A program made the position numbers and the translations under genes. Shown piece by piece: positions 14,211 through 27,141 of a stretch of DNA of 64,000 bases. Positions within the stretch are counted from its first letter, which is position 1. The number at the start of each line of letters is the position of its first letter. Below the pieces are notes generated by a model. It was not told where the DNA came from. It was given only the letters and a program-made list of their open reading frames with translations, and did not search any database. The stretch is taken from contig RHPI01002069.1 in NCBI GenBank assembly GCA_009103225.1, forward strand, positions 955,378 to 1,019,377, in the 5' to 3' direction. This stretch comes from Chlorokybus atmophyticus. Taxonomy: Eukaryota; Plantae; Mesostigma and Chlorokybus algae.

Positions 14211-16859
14211 TCACGAAGACGACAACAATACCTTCTCAACAAACCCACTACTAGTAAAGTAAGTAGTAATTACGCATGTGCGCAATCTCCATGCTCTCGC
14301 TTAGTCATTACTTTTTTGTGCGCAAGATTTTAACAACACATTTGGTCAACGCTTTCAAAGTTGTATCAAGTTGTATCATACTGTGCCATCAACGCAATTG
14401 TGCAACGGATATGATTGGAGGAATTCAACGAAGCCGAAAAGCAGTGATTGGCTTGGCCCAATGGTTTATACGGATATCCAGAGGAAGAGTGGGATTTGAA
14501 GACTAAAAATGAAACGGTCTTCACTATGGCAAAGACGGACGGTAAGTGTTCGTGGGTGCGTTTGCGCTAATGCATGTACATGTGAACTATCGCAATGCAT
14601 TTTTTACGCGTGTAGGTGCGTATGTGGGTACTTCGCTTGCGTGGTTGTGCTTTGTGAGTGCGCGTCTCGGTGCGCGTGTGCACGTGTATCGCAAGTGAGA
14701 ATACTAATGATAGCGCATGTGTGTGGTGTTGCAACCGTCTAAGTTGTGATGTCTTATGTTCTGTGAGAATAATGTCTTTCACTTAATATGATGCCAATTT
14801 TAACAGGGGCACCAGCATGTGGGGCAAAGTGCATCTCCCTGCCAGTGTGGCAGGCTGCCACAGTGTCTATCATACTAATAATCGCAACTGCCGGCGCCGA
14901 TCACAAGGTGGCTGCATATTAGCTAGCTGCAAGACTTGCTTACGTTGCCCTACTAGTAGTGGAGGTGTAACCAACTTGGATTGAATCTGCATCGCCAACC
15001 GTCGATGTCGATAAGTGTGTTTGATAACTGCTTCGTAACATGTCACAAATGGTCTATTCAAATGATGCTCTATACACTTGTAGGCAACGTACCGACTTGT
15101 TCTTCGCACTCGCTTGCCTATGCTTTACTTACTTTGCAAGGCAAAATCTCGCCGTGACCGCGAGCATCATTAGCGTCACTAACGATAGGAATTTTTCTTG
15201 CCGCACTTTACGGATGCTTCCACATCACACACCTTGACATTTAATACTATTACCACGAGGGCCCATAGTTGCAGTGCGGTAACTTTGTCAGTTGTTTCCG
15301 TTGCTGTAGGTTGACTAGAAGTGAGGCAGGTATGTAAATATATGATATCATGCATATGATGTTATATATTTAAATACCTTTATCACAAATATGATGTCAT
15401 ATGATATATTATATGATACGATGAATATGATGTCATATGACACATTATATGATATCATCGTTTTAAAATCGCTATCATCGCTTAATGGTCAAGGCGTCGG
15501 CAATTGCATAAATGGCGGTAGCAATGGTTGTCGTGAAAGAATGGTTGATGATAAATAGCAGGGGTATGACATGTGATTAATAGTAAGCAGCAGGTTGTAC
15601 TTGCAAAGCGGCAGTGTCGCAGTGTCGTCACGCATGTCATAATGTGTTGCGCCAATACGGTGGGGGTATGATGACACATGTGTTTCATAGATTTTTCGCA
15701 CATGACGAGGGTACACATGCCATATTTTGCGCAAAGGCAAGTCCTAAGCAGCACCGCTGCAATGTGATTATCACATTCAATATCAATACTATGGTTGGCA
15801 TCTGATAACCATACCTACTATCATACCAAATTGATGATGTGATGCCTTATGTTTATCACAAGAGTCGCAATCATACACCTCATCACATTAAAGTAGCTTC
15901 ATTTGTGACTATATCAAACAACCAAAACAACCGAAATTTTATTGATATTGATATTCTTATCTCAACCTTGTAATATACATTGAGATACTGCATATGCTAT
16001 AATTTGACCAACATATTACGAAACAGGCCATTCCATAATAGAGGTGAAAGCACAACCATGAGTCCCATAATCATATGCCATGGTATAGCTTGAATGTTGC
16101 GTTAGGCGCTGCAGTTGCCCTTCGCAAGTTGACTGATCAGTGAAGCACAAGTACAGGGTATGAATTGTGGTAAATCATGCAGAAACACGCGTGCACAGGC
16201 AGAGATGCATAATAGGGCAAGCAGAGCAGGCAGAACAAGCAGATGCAATCAATAGTACACTCGGGGCCACCTTCGCGCTACCTTAAGTGTCGCTATGTGC
16301 TGCGCAATGCATTGCAATTGGGCAGGCAGTCGGCAATTGTTGGCAATAGTCAGCAATAGCTCAACCAACCAACCTAAGGTTACAAGGCAGGGAGTTAAGC
16401 CTGGGATTGGGCGTGGGTGGGACAAGTAAGATAGGAGTGGTGCTGTGTTGTGCTGTGATCTAAGCCCCTGCCCCACCCGCCCGCCACAAGTTTGTGCTGC
16501 CATGTGCTGCACAATATGGTTTGCATGCATGGCACATGTGATTACATGCATGAACCACACAACAGACAGACACATGTGGTCCTTCAGAACAACGAAGCAG
16601 AACCAAGCAACTCAGGCATGTGCTGACTGGCCAGCAACCCAACAGCCAACCAGCAATTCAGCACGCAAAGTTCCTGTACCTCAACTCCGCTATATACAGT
16701 CCTGCACCACTGGCAATAACACTGGCAATGGGTGCCATCATGCGCACACTGCAACCTGAGCCATTTAGGAGAGCAACACATGCTCACTCTCACTCTCACG
16801 GACCAACCTAGCAGCAGCAACACTCCCATTGCAAGGACACGTCACTTGTTCACTAGGCA

Positions 16860-18054
16860 TCACCTTCCTCTTCGCCTACGGCCTGGCGCCATCTCCCAAC
16901 CATCTGCAGCCTCTTGCTCTGAAAGCCTCGGCGCCAAGTCTGCTGCTGGAGTCACAATCTCCCGCCTCTCCCCAACCACGTCCATTTCTTCCGCCTCTGA
17001 TCCAGACTCTTCCGAGTCGGTTTCACCAACCTGCAAGGCATATATGCAGCTCACCACCCAACAGCATGTGCGCAGCTGCGTGTGTTTACAACTTACCCGT
17101 TGACTCGTGCCAACTGCAGGAGAAGCAGCCTGCGCAGCTGCTGCTTTGTGTTTCAAGTCCAGGGCTGGTGCAAAATTGCCTTTGGTACACTCATCATAGA
17201 GCTGCAGCAGTTGTTCTGACACCTGCAAGCAGGACGCCAAGTTCATAAACGTCATGCGCATGTGACATAACCTGTTGACGGGGTACATGTAGCTTGAACA
17301 GAAGCGCACCTCTTGGGGACTGTTGTCCTCGGCTTCCACGCAAAAGTCACGCACCAGAGCATCATCTAGCACATCCTCCAGCTCATCCGCATACAGAGCA
17401 CCTGCAGAGACGCTTTGTATCCTTGTGACAAGAAAGCAGACAGCCACTGCTGCGCACACTTGTGTCTGCACTCGTGCACTCCTGCATGCATGCTGGCATG
17501 CACGCATGCAGCATATTGTAACAGCTGTTCTGTGCTGCACAGACCTTTGGTGGTGTGAAACCAAGACAAAATATCTTGGTGCAGCTGGTTGGCCTTCTCC
17601 GCTGAATTGCGGCCGCCCCACTGATTCTCAACAGCCAAACGCAGCGCAGTCCACCTGAGAGGGGAGACATAATGAGAAGCGAGAATGAAAGCGACGCAAC
17701 TGCTGGGAAGAACAATCCGTATTCAAGGGAAGACTTTTGCAACGCTGCAATTGAGCACAATCTCTGACACTGATAGCAACCACCTACACCATTTCTGTTT
17801 GCAGTGCATGCGCGCATGTTGCCTTATATTTTGGGACGTTATACACAACAATGACCAGGCTTATTTGGTGATATGCGTCCAGTAAACAAACCACGCAGCA
17901 AAAAGCCAATTGCCGATGCACATGCGTAATGCAACTGCTGCTACCTGTACAAGCACGCCCCCACCGCCTCCTCAAACACTCCCCGTGCCTCCGCAGCCGC
18001 CGGCCCAGCGAGGCTGCCGCCCTCAGGCGACGACGACGGCCCCACGTCGCCCAT
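16860..18054 (-). CDS. TSR2: Pre-rRNA-processing protein TSR2 (WGG domain)
   Basis: VFEEAVGACLY|RWTALRLAVENQWGGRNSAEKA..; LYADELEDVLDDALVRDFCVEAEDNSPQEVSEQLLQLYDEC; acidic tail ending DGWEMAPGRRRRGR*. Confidence 0.92.
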
Positions 18055-18753
18055 CCCACCCACGACAACACCGCTCCTGAGCTGCATTCCAGCCCTCCTG
18101 CCACGCAACGCCACAACAGCTCGCCGCCGCTAACGCCACCACTGCCGCCGCCGCCACCGCCACCGTGGGGTGGATATCACAATGACCGAGAAACTTGCAT
18201 GGCTGTGGCAGATATCTACAAAGGCATGATATCGGCTAATGCTGAGTCGTCGGGCAGCCACGAAGCCGAACGGTAGGTAAACAAACCAGAACGGAAACAC
18301 AGGAAACTTAGAGCAACCAATGCAGTGCCCAGCTGTGCAGATTGGAAAATAGCCTACATCTGCGGGGAAAATTCATCAATCATGAGCAGAGCGCTGCGCT
18401 GCGGTCGCTGGTTGGCTTCTGCTGAAGGCCAAGCGCGAACGAACTCTCGAACGCACGTGCCCGCTACGCTGTAGTCTAGGCCCATTGTGTTACGTGCTGC
18501 CAGCACAGAGCTGGTGAACGTTAGGAGCAGTGGGGCATTACTAGTGGCACTGCCCATTTGGTGGCATAGGCGGCGGCGGCAGTGTGGTGGTTGTCGGTGT
18601 CGTTGGCCTCTGCTTTGTGACTTGCGAAAGCATCGCCACAGCAGTGCTGAGACTGAAGGTTACCAAGAGTGATAGCCTAGCCGCTTGGTTTGCTGCAGGC
18701 GGCAAGAGAGTTCTCTTGTGCAGGTGAAGAAGGTAATTGGTGGGTGAGTGTCC

Positions 18754-20487
18754 ATGGCTACGGCGGCGGCGGTGGTGTTGCCCAGGGTCGGGGCCGCCGT
18801 CGCAGGGGTCCCCCAGCCGTCGCCGCCGCATGCTTCAGCTCGGCTCCAGCCAGCGCAGGCGTTGCGGCTGCGGCCGTCTTCTTCGCCGTTCGGCGCTTGG
18901 GGAAGGGTCGGGTCCAGGCAACGGCGAGCGCACCACCTGCAGCCGGTTCAGGCTGCTCTTGCCCCTAATGACGGCGTCAAGTGGTGGGAGAAGGATGCGC
19001 CGCCCAACATGCGAGACGTGCACAGGTTCGTCAGTGCAATTCACACGCAGTTTCACCTTCAGCTTTCTCAAGCTCTCAGCTCAATTGAGCTCATGCTCCT
19101 ACATGCTCCTACATGCTCCTACATGCGTGCAGTTGGTCGCACTGCGCGGGTATCATGGGTCACCCGCCAGTTGAGTTGACACTGCAATTGGCGTGCACTC
19201 ATTACAAGTGCTCCTCAGGGCTGTGCCTTGCCAGTTCGTGTTCGCATGTTTTGAATGCAACAGCACAATTCATTACAATTAGCGCATGCTACACTCGCAA
19301 ACGTCTTGTGAGCCCAAGCTTGCTTTCCTGGGCTCATGCTGGTTCTAAAGTAGGAGCACAGGTTGCTACTTGCAATATCTTGTGGACGTGCGTGCTCAGT
19401 TTATAGGAACGGGTCATCACCAACAGCTGTGTCACTGAAATTGAGCTCAGACTGTCAGTTGCGATAGGAAATGTGATCAGCAGCATAGCTTCGATGACGC
19501 TAGAGCAAACTTGCAAGTGTGCTCGCTTAGCCTTAGCGATTAGTGCAGTGGAGATTCCTCGCCGGTTGTGAGTTGTGACACCATGTTGCAATTGGCAGTT
19601 GCATGCAAGAAGCAGTGATCTTTCTTGCGATATTTTTGTATATAATTATATAGGCTTTGACAGTGTGCTGCCTAGAGTCAGCAAGCACTAGCGGACAGGC
19701 AGTACTTGGTGATGTCAATGGAATATTCGCATGTCGTTGTGCAGCTTCTTATATGGCTGTGTTGTTGTGCGTGCTGCCGCGTACAACACGTTATGCTATG
19801 CTACTTTCTGCCGAGAGTATTGCTGTCATGGGGATTGCTGTGTGATGCTGTGCAGCTTCTTACCTGCCTGCCGTTCTGCTGTGCAGCATATCAGACTTTG
19901 TGAACATACTTTCTACCGAAAGTGAGCGGCTAGTGGTGGTTGATTTTTATGCGACGTGGTGCGGATCATGCCGAGCTTTGTATCCAAAGGTGCAATCACA
20001 CTATTGTATGTCAACTGCAGCATTGCGTCTTCATAGTCAGGGGAGTGCATGTGCTCACCTCTTTGGTGCGTTTGCAGCTGGTAAAGTTGGCTGAAGAGCA
20101 TCCGCATGTCACATTCTTGAAAGTCAACTTTGACGCGAACAAGGCCATGTGCAAGAGCCTGAATGTGAAAGTACTGCCGTTCTTTCACTTCTACCGGGGT
20201 TCAGAGGGACGAGTTGCAGGTTTTTCCGCTTCCCTATCAAAGGTATGTCCAATTGCTTTATCTCTTTGCAGACTTTGCGGTCATGCATAACATTCATGCC
20301 ATCGTGTGTGACAATGCAATTGACTCAGCAGATTGCTAAGCTGAGGGAGGCCTTGCAAGTGCATGGCGCGGACAGGTGCAGTTTAGGGCCAAGTCGGGTG
20401 CTAGAGGGGGTCACGTTTCCAGGCTTTGACCTCGAGAGCCTTAATGGCCAAGCGCCTCAGATGCAACCAGAGCCGAGCGCCACATAA
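18754..20487 (+). CDS. Plastid Lilium-type/ACHT atypical thioredoxin (WCGSC active site)
   Basis: Transit-peptide-like N-terminus, [82 protein letters not shown]. Confidence 0.9.
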
Positions 20488-21973
20488 ACTGCCAATGCGG
20501 TATGTGCTCCAAGCATTTTAGGCTAGCTTAGTGTACATGTATCAGTGTAACCTTGGTGATTGCACCTCGACATAAGCAGCAGGCACTGCCAGGCAGGCCA
20601 GAGCAGGATTGATATGTCTCTTATTGCTCGCAATTTATGTCCAGCGCTGGCTTGGGCGGTTTAAGCTGCCATTGCATGCTTGCTTCTGAGTAGTGCTAAC
20701 AGAGATACGCTAGCCCCCAGCTCACCCGTATCTCCATGGTCTATTCCAGAATGCAGCTTGAGTGACTGTCAACTTGAAACCTCCATGTCAATCTGCGTGA
20801 TGTATGTGACAGAGATGAGTTCAGAAGAAGCACTGGCTAGAGTTGAGTTGTCAAGAAGTGCTTTTCTGACGAAGTCAAGTAGGTACCGTGCACGCTGTGG
20901 CAGGGCTTCAGGGTTATGTCACAACACACATTGCATTCTTTACACACCCACAACCATTGACAGAATGCAAGCCCAATTGTGTGCATATCAATTTGCAAAC
21001 TAGCAATGCATAATGCAGCATGCACCATGACTGACATAAGAGTTGCGTTTAAGCAAAATCCTTGGATGTATGCAGCTTCCTAGGAGTTTGAATAAGCGCA
21101 AGCTACTAGAATGTTGCATGCAACACGTGCCAAGGATGATGGTTCGCACTTGCTTGCACACAACATGGAGCTTGCATGCTATGATACTGTATGACATCAC
21201 ACTACGGAATTATTGACACTCAACTCATGTCAGCTAGTTGCGTCCGTATGCTGTGACAGCTGTATGCACAGGAAACAGCTACACCCGTTTTGCTACAGCA
21301 AGTGTACAGCAGAGTTAATTTGCAGGCATGCGCATGTGTAGCCGCAAGTGCAGCAGGTACTACGTCAGTATGGCATAAACCGCACAATTGCGTACGATTA
21401 GTGGCCACTCGAGACGTCCCGAAGTGTTGTTGGCGTAGTGGTATCGAAGGCCGAAAAAACCGCCAGTTGGGCTGCAAGTGCACATTCCACTGGAGGGACT
21501 GGGCAACTGAGGACAGCTGAACAAGGACAGATTCAAGTGGTTTTACCCTGGTACACTGTTAGCCATCCAGAGGGAGTCAAGGTGCCAACCCCACAAATCT
21601 TCTGCAACAAACGAGTATTGACTCAGTTGCAGAAAGGTTGAACGCATGCGCGGACTTTATCGTCAACTCCCTCGTGGTACACAGGCGGAAGGAAGTGAAA
21701 TTTGGTCCAAGGGTGGGGACTCGTCGAAACCAATCGCACATGTGCGCAATACACATGCACAGGAAAGCTTCGAACAAAACATGCATACCCACTGTACAAG
21801 ATCCCCTAATGAATAGCAGCTTATATATAAGCTCTAAGCAACTAGTGGCTTGAATATCCAACTGCAAAAATACTCTGAGAGATTCCGCATCAATAGCAGA
21901 CACCAGTTCAGGGTGCGGCATGCTCAGCGCAACTAACAACTACACTACATATACATTAAGCTACAGCATAAGG

Positions 21974-24337
21974 TCAATAGTATCCACCCAAGTTGAATTT
22001 CAGATGCGCAATCATCTGCCGCTCTCTAAAGTGATCAATGGCCGCTCGTCGCGCAGCTTGCGTGCTTGTGTCAATGTAGGAGCTGCTTGCGTACCGCTCC
22101 TCCCTGAGAATGGTGCAATATCAGCAACATGCCGCACAACTCAACAGAGGGCAGCGCTCTCAGTGACGTGCATTGCTTGCCAGACATCATGCATGAATGG
22201 TATCACAACCCAGGCAAACTTACTTGAGAAGCAACCGGAGCAGCCTTGCAGCAAGCTGGTCCCAAAAGGCTGCAACACAATAAAACGATGATGTTAGCAT
22301 CTGTATGGCCTCAGCAATTTGCGGAGCGAGCTGGCAGGCGAATCCAAATAAACTACACTATAATGCAGCTGGCACACAACAGCAATGCGGATGTAGACCT
22401 GGTGTGTAGCAGTAGTGCGTGCCTGCAACCATCACAAATGGAGTCAGCTCATAGGTCTGTGACCAGTTTGCTAACAGCACTGCACATGCTACTTCATATC
22501 ACCATGGCCATTGAGAGAGCGCACGGTTACTCACAGTCGCAGCAGCCACTCCAATCTGAGGAGTTAGCACCGAAGTCGTAGCACATCTGCAGGTGCATGT
22601 CATAGCGATTGATAGTCAAATCGAGCATTGGGAGAAACAACAGGTTCCGCGACCGCTGCACCATCTGCGCGCACAACATCTTAGTACTGGCATGTTGGGC
22701 TGTGCTCCAAGGAAGGTGCAGCAGAGTTGATGAATTGCCTGCTGCAAAAAGCGATCCTGCAACGCCACATAGTTCATTGCGGCCAGTCCCGGCTCAATGC
22801 GACTGCACGTGCAGTTGCTTCTGTGGACTGGATCAGATAGATTCCACGCGCCCGAATGTGGGAAGTGTTGGGCACTGCAAGTATTATTGTTTCATTATAT
22901 GTCAGTGAAGGACCCAACAGGCTGGATAGCCAATGACCAGGCACGGCCGTGACTGAGCCCATGCCTCATGTGCAATAACATACAATGCGTTCGTGTGCTT
23001 TGCACACCTGAGGCCTCTGACAATCACAGTCTTGTCGTGCTGGCCAGCAAACTGGTCAAGCTGCTGTCCAAGCATGTCCATATCTCGAATGTACGTTTCA
23101 GCTTTGTCCACCTGCCAAACGCGTGTCAACGACGCAACACATGCACAGAGGACAAACCGCAACGAACAGCAGCAGCTGCAATCACGCACTCCATAGTGCA
23201 GTCCATAATTGATGATGACAATATCCGCAAGTTTGAGAAGCCCCGCAAGCCTCTCTGGCAGGTACATGTTGACCCGCGCGAACACGAACAGCGTGCCAAA
23301 CTTGGTTGCTGCTTGTGCCTGCATGCAACGTGGCGACATTGAGATAACGGCCCCAAGGTGAAAAGACTTTGCCACAGTAAATACACACACCTGCCCAAAA
23401 CTGGCCCCAAGCTCCTTCACAAGCGCATGTATGGGTTCCGATCTTGTGTCGTTGCCAAGCTCGCCGGACCGGGCTAGCCCACACATCAAGGAATAGTATG
23501 TCTGTCAGCAACGGCTTCTAAGCGAGTTGCATTCACTGCCATGCAAGCAACCTGGCCAAGTGGTTGGAGCACAGGCTCATGACCTATATTCTGGGTACCG
23601 TACCTGGTACATAACGGAGTCACCAATGAAGAGCACTGTTTTGTTGCCAACAAGCTCCGCCAGCTGACCCATCGTTGTGTGACCGTCAACATCAGCAGCC
23701 TCAACATATGGATCCCATGTTGGCCTGTTGTCAACGAATGTCCGTCATCAGACACAACATACTACTGACTGTCATTGCTCACGCTGCATGCAAGCATAAC
23801 TCTGCGCTGTTCCCAGGAGCAAAATCTCTGCAACGGACACGAACAGCTTGCAAGAGCATGTCATGCATGGCAAAAGAGTTGGACCCAACTGCCATGCAAG
23901 CTGTCAACCACGCCATAAAGGTACCAGTCACTGATGCGAGGGCGGGCGAGGCATTCCATGTAGTCGTTCTCGTAGGGTTCGTCCATCTTGGCGCTGTGGA
24001 AGAACTCCATCGGTATGCACGGCGGTGAGCGCTCGCACTGGAGAGACCGGCCCGGCATGTGCTCCCTGGATTCCACGGCGGCGTAGCAAGCTTCTCGCAG
24101 CGTGCCGGTCGCCGGCGCCGCAAGCAGATCCAGCAAATACCCTCCGCCAGCGCCACCGCCGCCGCCATCAGACGGCGCAGCGAGCGAGGTCGATCCCGCC
24201 AAACCGACGCCCGCAAGCAACATCCATACCCACGCCCCCAACCCCAACGCCTCCACCGAGCAGACCCGCCTCCTCCACCTCCTCCGCCCCGGCATCGCCG
24301 CCGCCGCCTGCGCCGTCGCCTCCATTGCCGTCACCAT
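21974..24337 (-). CDS. TBL/PC-esterase (SGNH-like O-acyltransferase) family gene, paralogue B, with an N-terminal membrane anchor
   Basis: Hydrophobic segment (LGLGAWVWMLLAGVGLAG), NKTVLFIGDSVMYQ (GDS at 23616-23624), DIVIINYGLHY, IVRGLSAQHFPHSG, GCCD|CTHYCYTP (DxxH) and the tail ..AIDHFRERQMIAHLKFNLGGYY*. Confidence 0.85.
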
Positions 24338-25840
24338 GCAAGCGAACAAGCATCAGCGCTGACCACCACTTTCATGTTTCACGACTCACCCACTTTCCGT
24401 CTCCCGCCGAAAACTGGTGGAGGTTTGGACCTGCCCGAGACATTTCTGAGCGCTGAGTTTTGTCTTTTGTTTAATCCTGGAAACGCCTGTCAATGATGCG
24501 GCTAAACAAAGTGACGGCGGTTTGCTCTAGGGTGAATTGATGCCGGCGGCTGGGGTCACAGACTGTGTGACTCATAGTCTGTCAACCACAGAGCAGGCAG
24601 GGGCGATTTACATGGAGTGATTTACAGTTCAGATCACAGCGTCGGCGTTGACTGGTATTTGAAACGGCGGCGTGATTAGCGTGACTGATGGACACACAAT
24701 GTCGGTGTGACTGCTCACTGGCAGCGGCAGCTTTGGATTACAACAACAAGCGACGCTACTGATTTGCGGGTACGGGTTCGAGTTCGACCTGGGAAGGCGT
24801 GACTTCGAAAACGTGGCCGAATGGCTTTTGTACGGCCACAGGTTTATTAGTAGGCCTATGCCTATAACCTATCACGACCCGTGCGTTGCATCTTGCAGGC
24901 CGAGTTGGTGGCTGAGAGCCGCGCAGCTCGTTATACGATCGCCAGCTTGGACAGGATTCCTGTCACACTGGCAGGTACGGCCAAGCCCACTGCAGTGATT
25001 GGTAGATTCTAAAACCGCACTGATGAACGTGCACAACGCTTCGCATGATCTGCAAGCTGAGTAAGAACCCAAGCCTACTTGCCTATTTGACTCGCACTTG
25101 CACCAATGTTGCAAGTTGGCAAAAGCTAGTCTTTGAACATGCCATAAGCTAACCTAGCATAGGTCATTTAAGCGTGAGCTTTGTAAGATCACCTAGTACC
25201 TGGCATGCGGCATGTTTGTCACCAATTGCAGTCAGTGCAGATGCATGCTAAAATTGGAACTGATCTCAATATTAAGATTCTCGCACTCACGTGTTATGCT
25301 TAAAGTATAATCACGGGTGTATTGATATAATATTGAGTGATGATCATATATATCACAAAGGCACGCATTCATCACAAAAAATGTAACATACTTGCATTCA
25401 TCGTGTCGCACTCGTTTAAATATGGTCATCATGTTAATTATCGTTGCTTCAAACAGTATTTGCATGTGTACATCATGATTCTTTATCCATAATCAACAAA
25501 TCTGCAAGATTACTGCTTTGCTAATTTACTTATTCACATCCGCAAGCAAGCGGTGACCTTAATGAATGATATGCAGTGCACTTTGAGGTCTGCATGCGTG
25601 CGTATAATTACAATGCACATGTAATAATACAAGGTCTCACATACAGCGTGCCAGTGCTTAATGATGCAATTGAGCACAACACAAAGCTGTGCAGACTTGT
25701 AACTCAACCTGCACTAGCTATGCACAAGGGACTGAACTGGTTGAGCGAGGTTCTAATCAATTAGTCCTGGTTGCCAAGCGCTTCTTCATCAGCCGAATAA
25801 CAGCACGCTCCAAGCTCCTAGCTTCCAGCAGCACCTCAAC

Positions 25841-26366
25841 TGTAACGGGAGCAATAATAATAGGGGTATTATTGCTACCTAAATAACACATTTTGTATGA
25901 ATAAGTATTTAAATATGCTTATTTATACCTCTTTTCTACGGTTCCTCGCTTATAAAAGGCTATCATGCTTTATCATAGCTTAAATAAGTCCCAATGGGTG
26001 TAGAACCGCTTATTCAAGCCTATTTAGTGTCACATTTGATATAATGTGATCACTATCTCGTTAGGTACCTTACGATAGGTATCTCTGGATAGGTACCTTA
26101 TCGATAGGTACCTTATCTGAGCTGTGATTGGCTCACGCTAGATTTCCTAACTACCCTATCTGTAGGGTCGATGTCTAGTTATGAGTTAATTATTGAGAGG
26201 CATATTGTTGATATACTCTTGATATAAAAGGTCACATCAATCTGCTGTGGGGACTTTCAGTTCTCTGCTCAGTGGCGGCCACGCCGTTGAAAGGCTTGTC
26301 ATAGGCGGTGTGGGTGTTAGGGTAGAGGATTGAAGGGGCATCACCGGCGACGGTGGTGCTGTTACA
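25841..26366 (+). repeat. 5' LTR (TGTAAC...GTTACA), 526 bp
   Basis: Inverted TG...CA termini, TATA-like GATATAAAAG at ~26221, and about ten substitutions plus one indel versus the 3' LTR by eye. Confidence 0.96.
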
Positions 26367-26367
26367 T

Positions 26368-26381
26368 TGGTATGCAGGAGC
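26368..26381 (+). other. Candidate primer-binding site, atypical (TGGTATGCAGGAGC)
   Basis: Starts with TGG one base after the LTR end. It equals the tRNA-iMet PBS TGGTATCAGAGC with two extra G residues. Confidence 0.55.
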
Positions 26382-26653
26382 TGGGGGGTGACGTGGGTAC
26401 TTATAGGGGGCGGCGACCTGCTTTCGGCCAATCAGAAGGCGTCGTCGGCGGCCTCCTATTCGTCCACGCAGCACAAGCTTCAAGTTCGCTTCCCTGCGCT
26501 ACCTCCACGTTGAAGCCACCTATCAAAAAGGCGGCCTCTCCACGTGTGAGGTACCATCACACACGTCGGTGACTTGCCTGCTTGTCAGCTGCTGGCCAGG
26601 TGCTTGCCAGTTGCACGTGTGTACTTTCATGCACATCACACAGTGGCTTGCCA

Positions 26654-27103
26654 GTGCACTATCATTGCTTGCAGTGATTGCCTGTCATTGCATGCGGTGA
26701 TTGCGGCTTGCTAGTGTGCCATCACTGTTTGTCACAATTGGTGCACTATCATTGCTTGCAGTGATTGCCTGTCATTGCATGCGGTGATTGCTTGTCATTG
26801 TGCTTGCCAGTGCATGTCACAGTTAGTCACCGTACGGCTTGCCTGTTGCATGCCTGTGGCTTGCCTGTTGCATGCCTGTAACGTACATGTGACCTGCCAG
26901 CGGCTTTGCCGAGTCGTTTGACCCGGGTCCGTAAGTTCCAAACCAAACTGTTCCCAAACCCTCCCCCTCTGGCTTCGGCCTGGAGATCGGGACTTGGTTA
27001 GGACAGTTGTGGGGAGGTTCTAGGACAATCTGTTCCCAAACCCTGTTAGTCTGAAACCCTCCCCCTCTGGCTTCGGCCTGGAGATTGGGACTTGGTTGAG
27101 GAC
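26654..27103 (+). repeat. Duplicated blocks in the retrotransposon 5' leader
   Basis: A ~51-bp unit at 26654 and 26741, a ~20-bp unit at ~26837 and ~26858, and a ~45-bp unit (AAACCCTCCCCCTCTGGCTTCGGCCTGGAGA..) at ~26956 and ~27054. Confidence 0.85.
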
Positions 27104-27141
27104 AACACAGGGTTAGGACATTCTGCCTGTTTTGCAGACAA

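Noticed and set aside
15340-15460. ATATGAT-rich patch as a structured repeat element
   Set aside because: Degenerate low-complexity AT sequence without regular period or termini.
23861-23930. VVDSLHG read as the TBL GDS motif from the ORF track
   Set aside because: It lies after a GT donor, so it is intronic. The true GDS is in the next exon (FIGDSVM, 23616-23624).
24715-24845. tRNA or SINE-like signals (GGTTCGAGTTC B-box-like; GTGGCCGAATGG A-box-like)
   Set aside because: The best A-box-like motif lies downstream of the B-box-like motif, and no cloverleaf can be folded.
26654-27103. CRISPR-like repeat-spacer array in the retrotransposon leader
   Set aside because: Only two copies per unit with irregular spacing, in a eukaryotic TE leader, and no cas genes.
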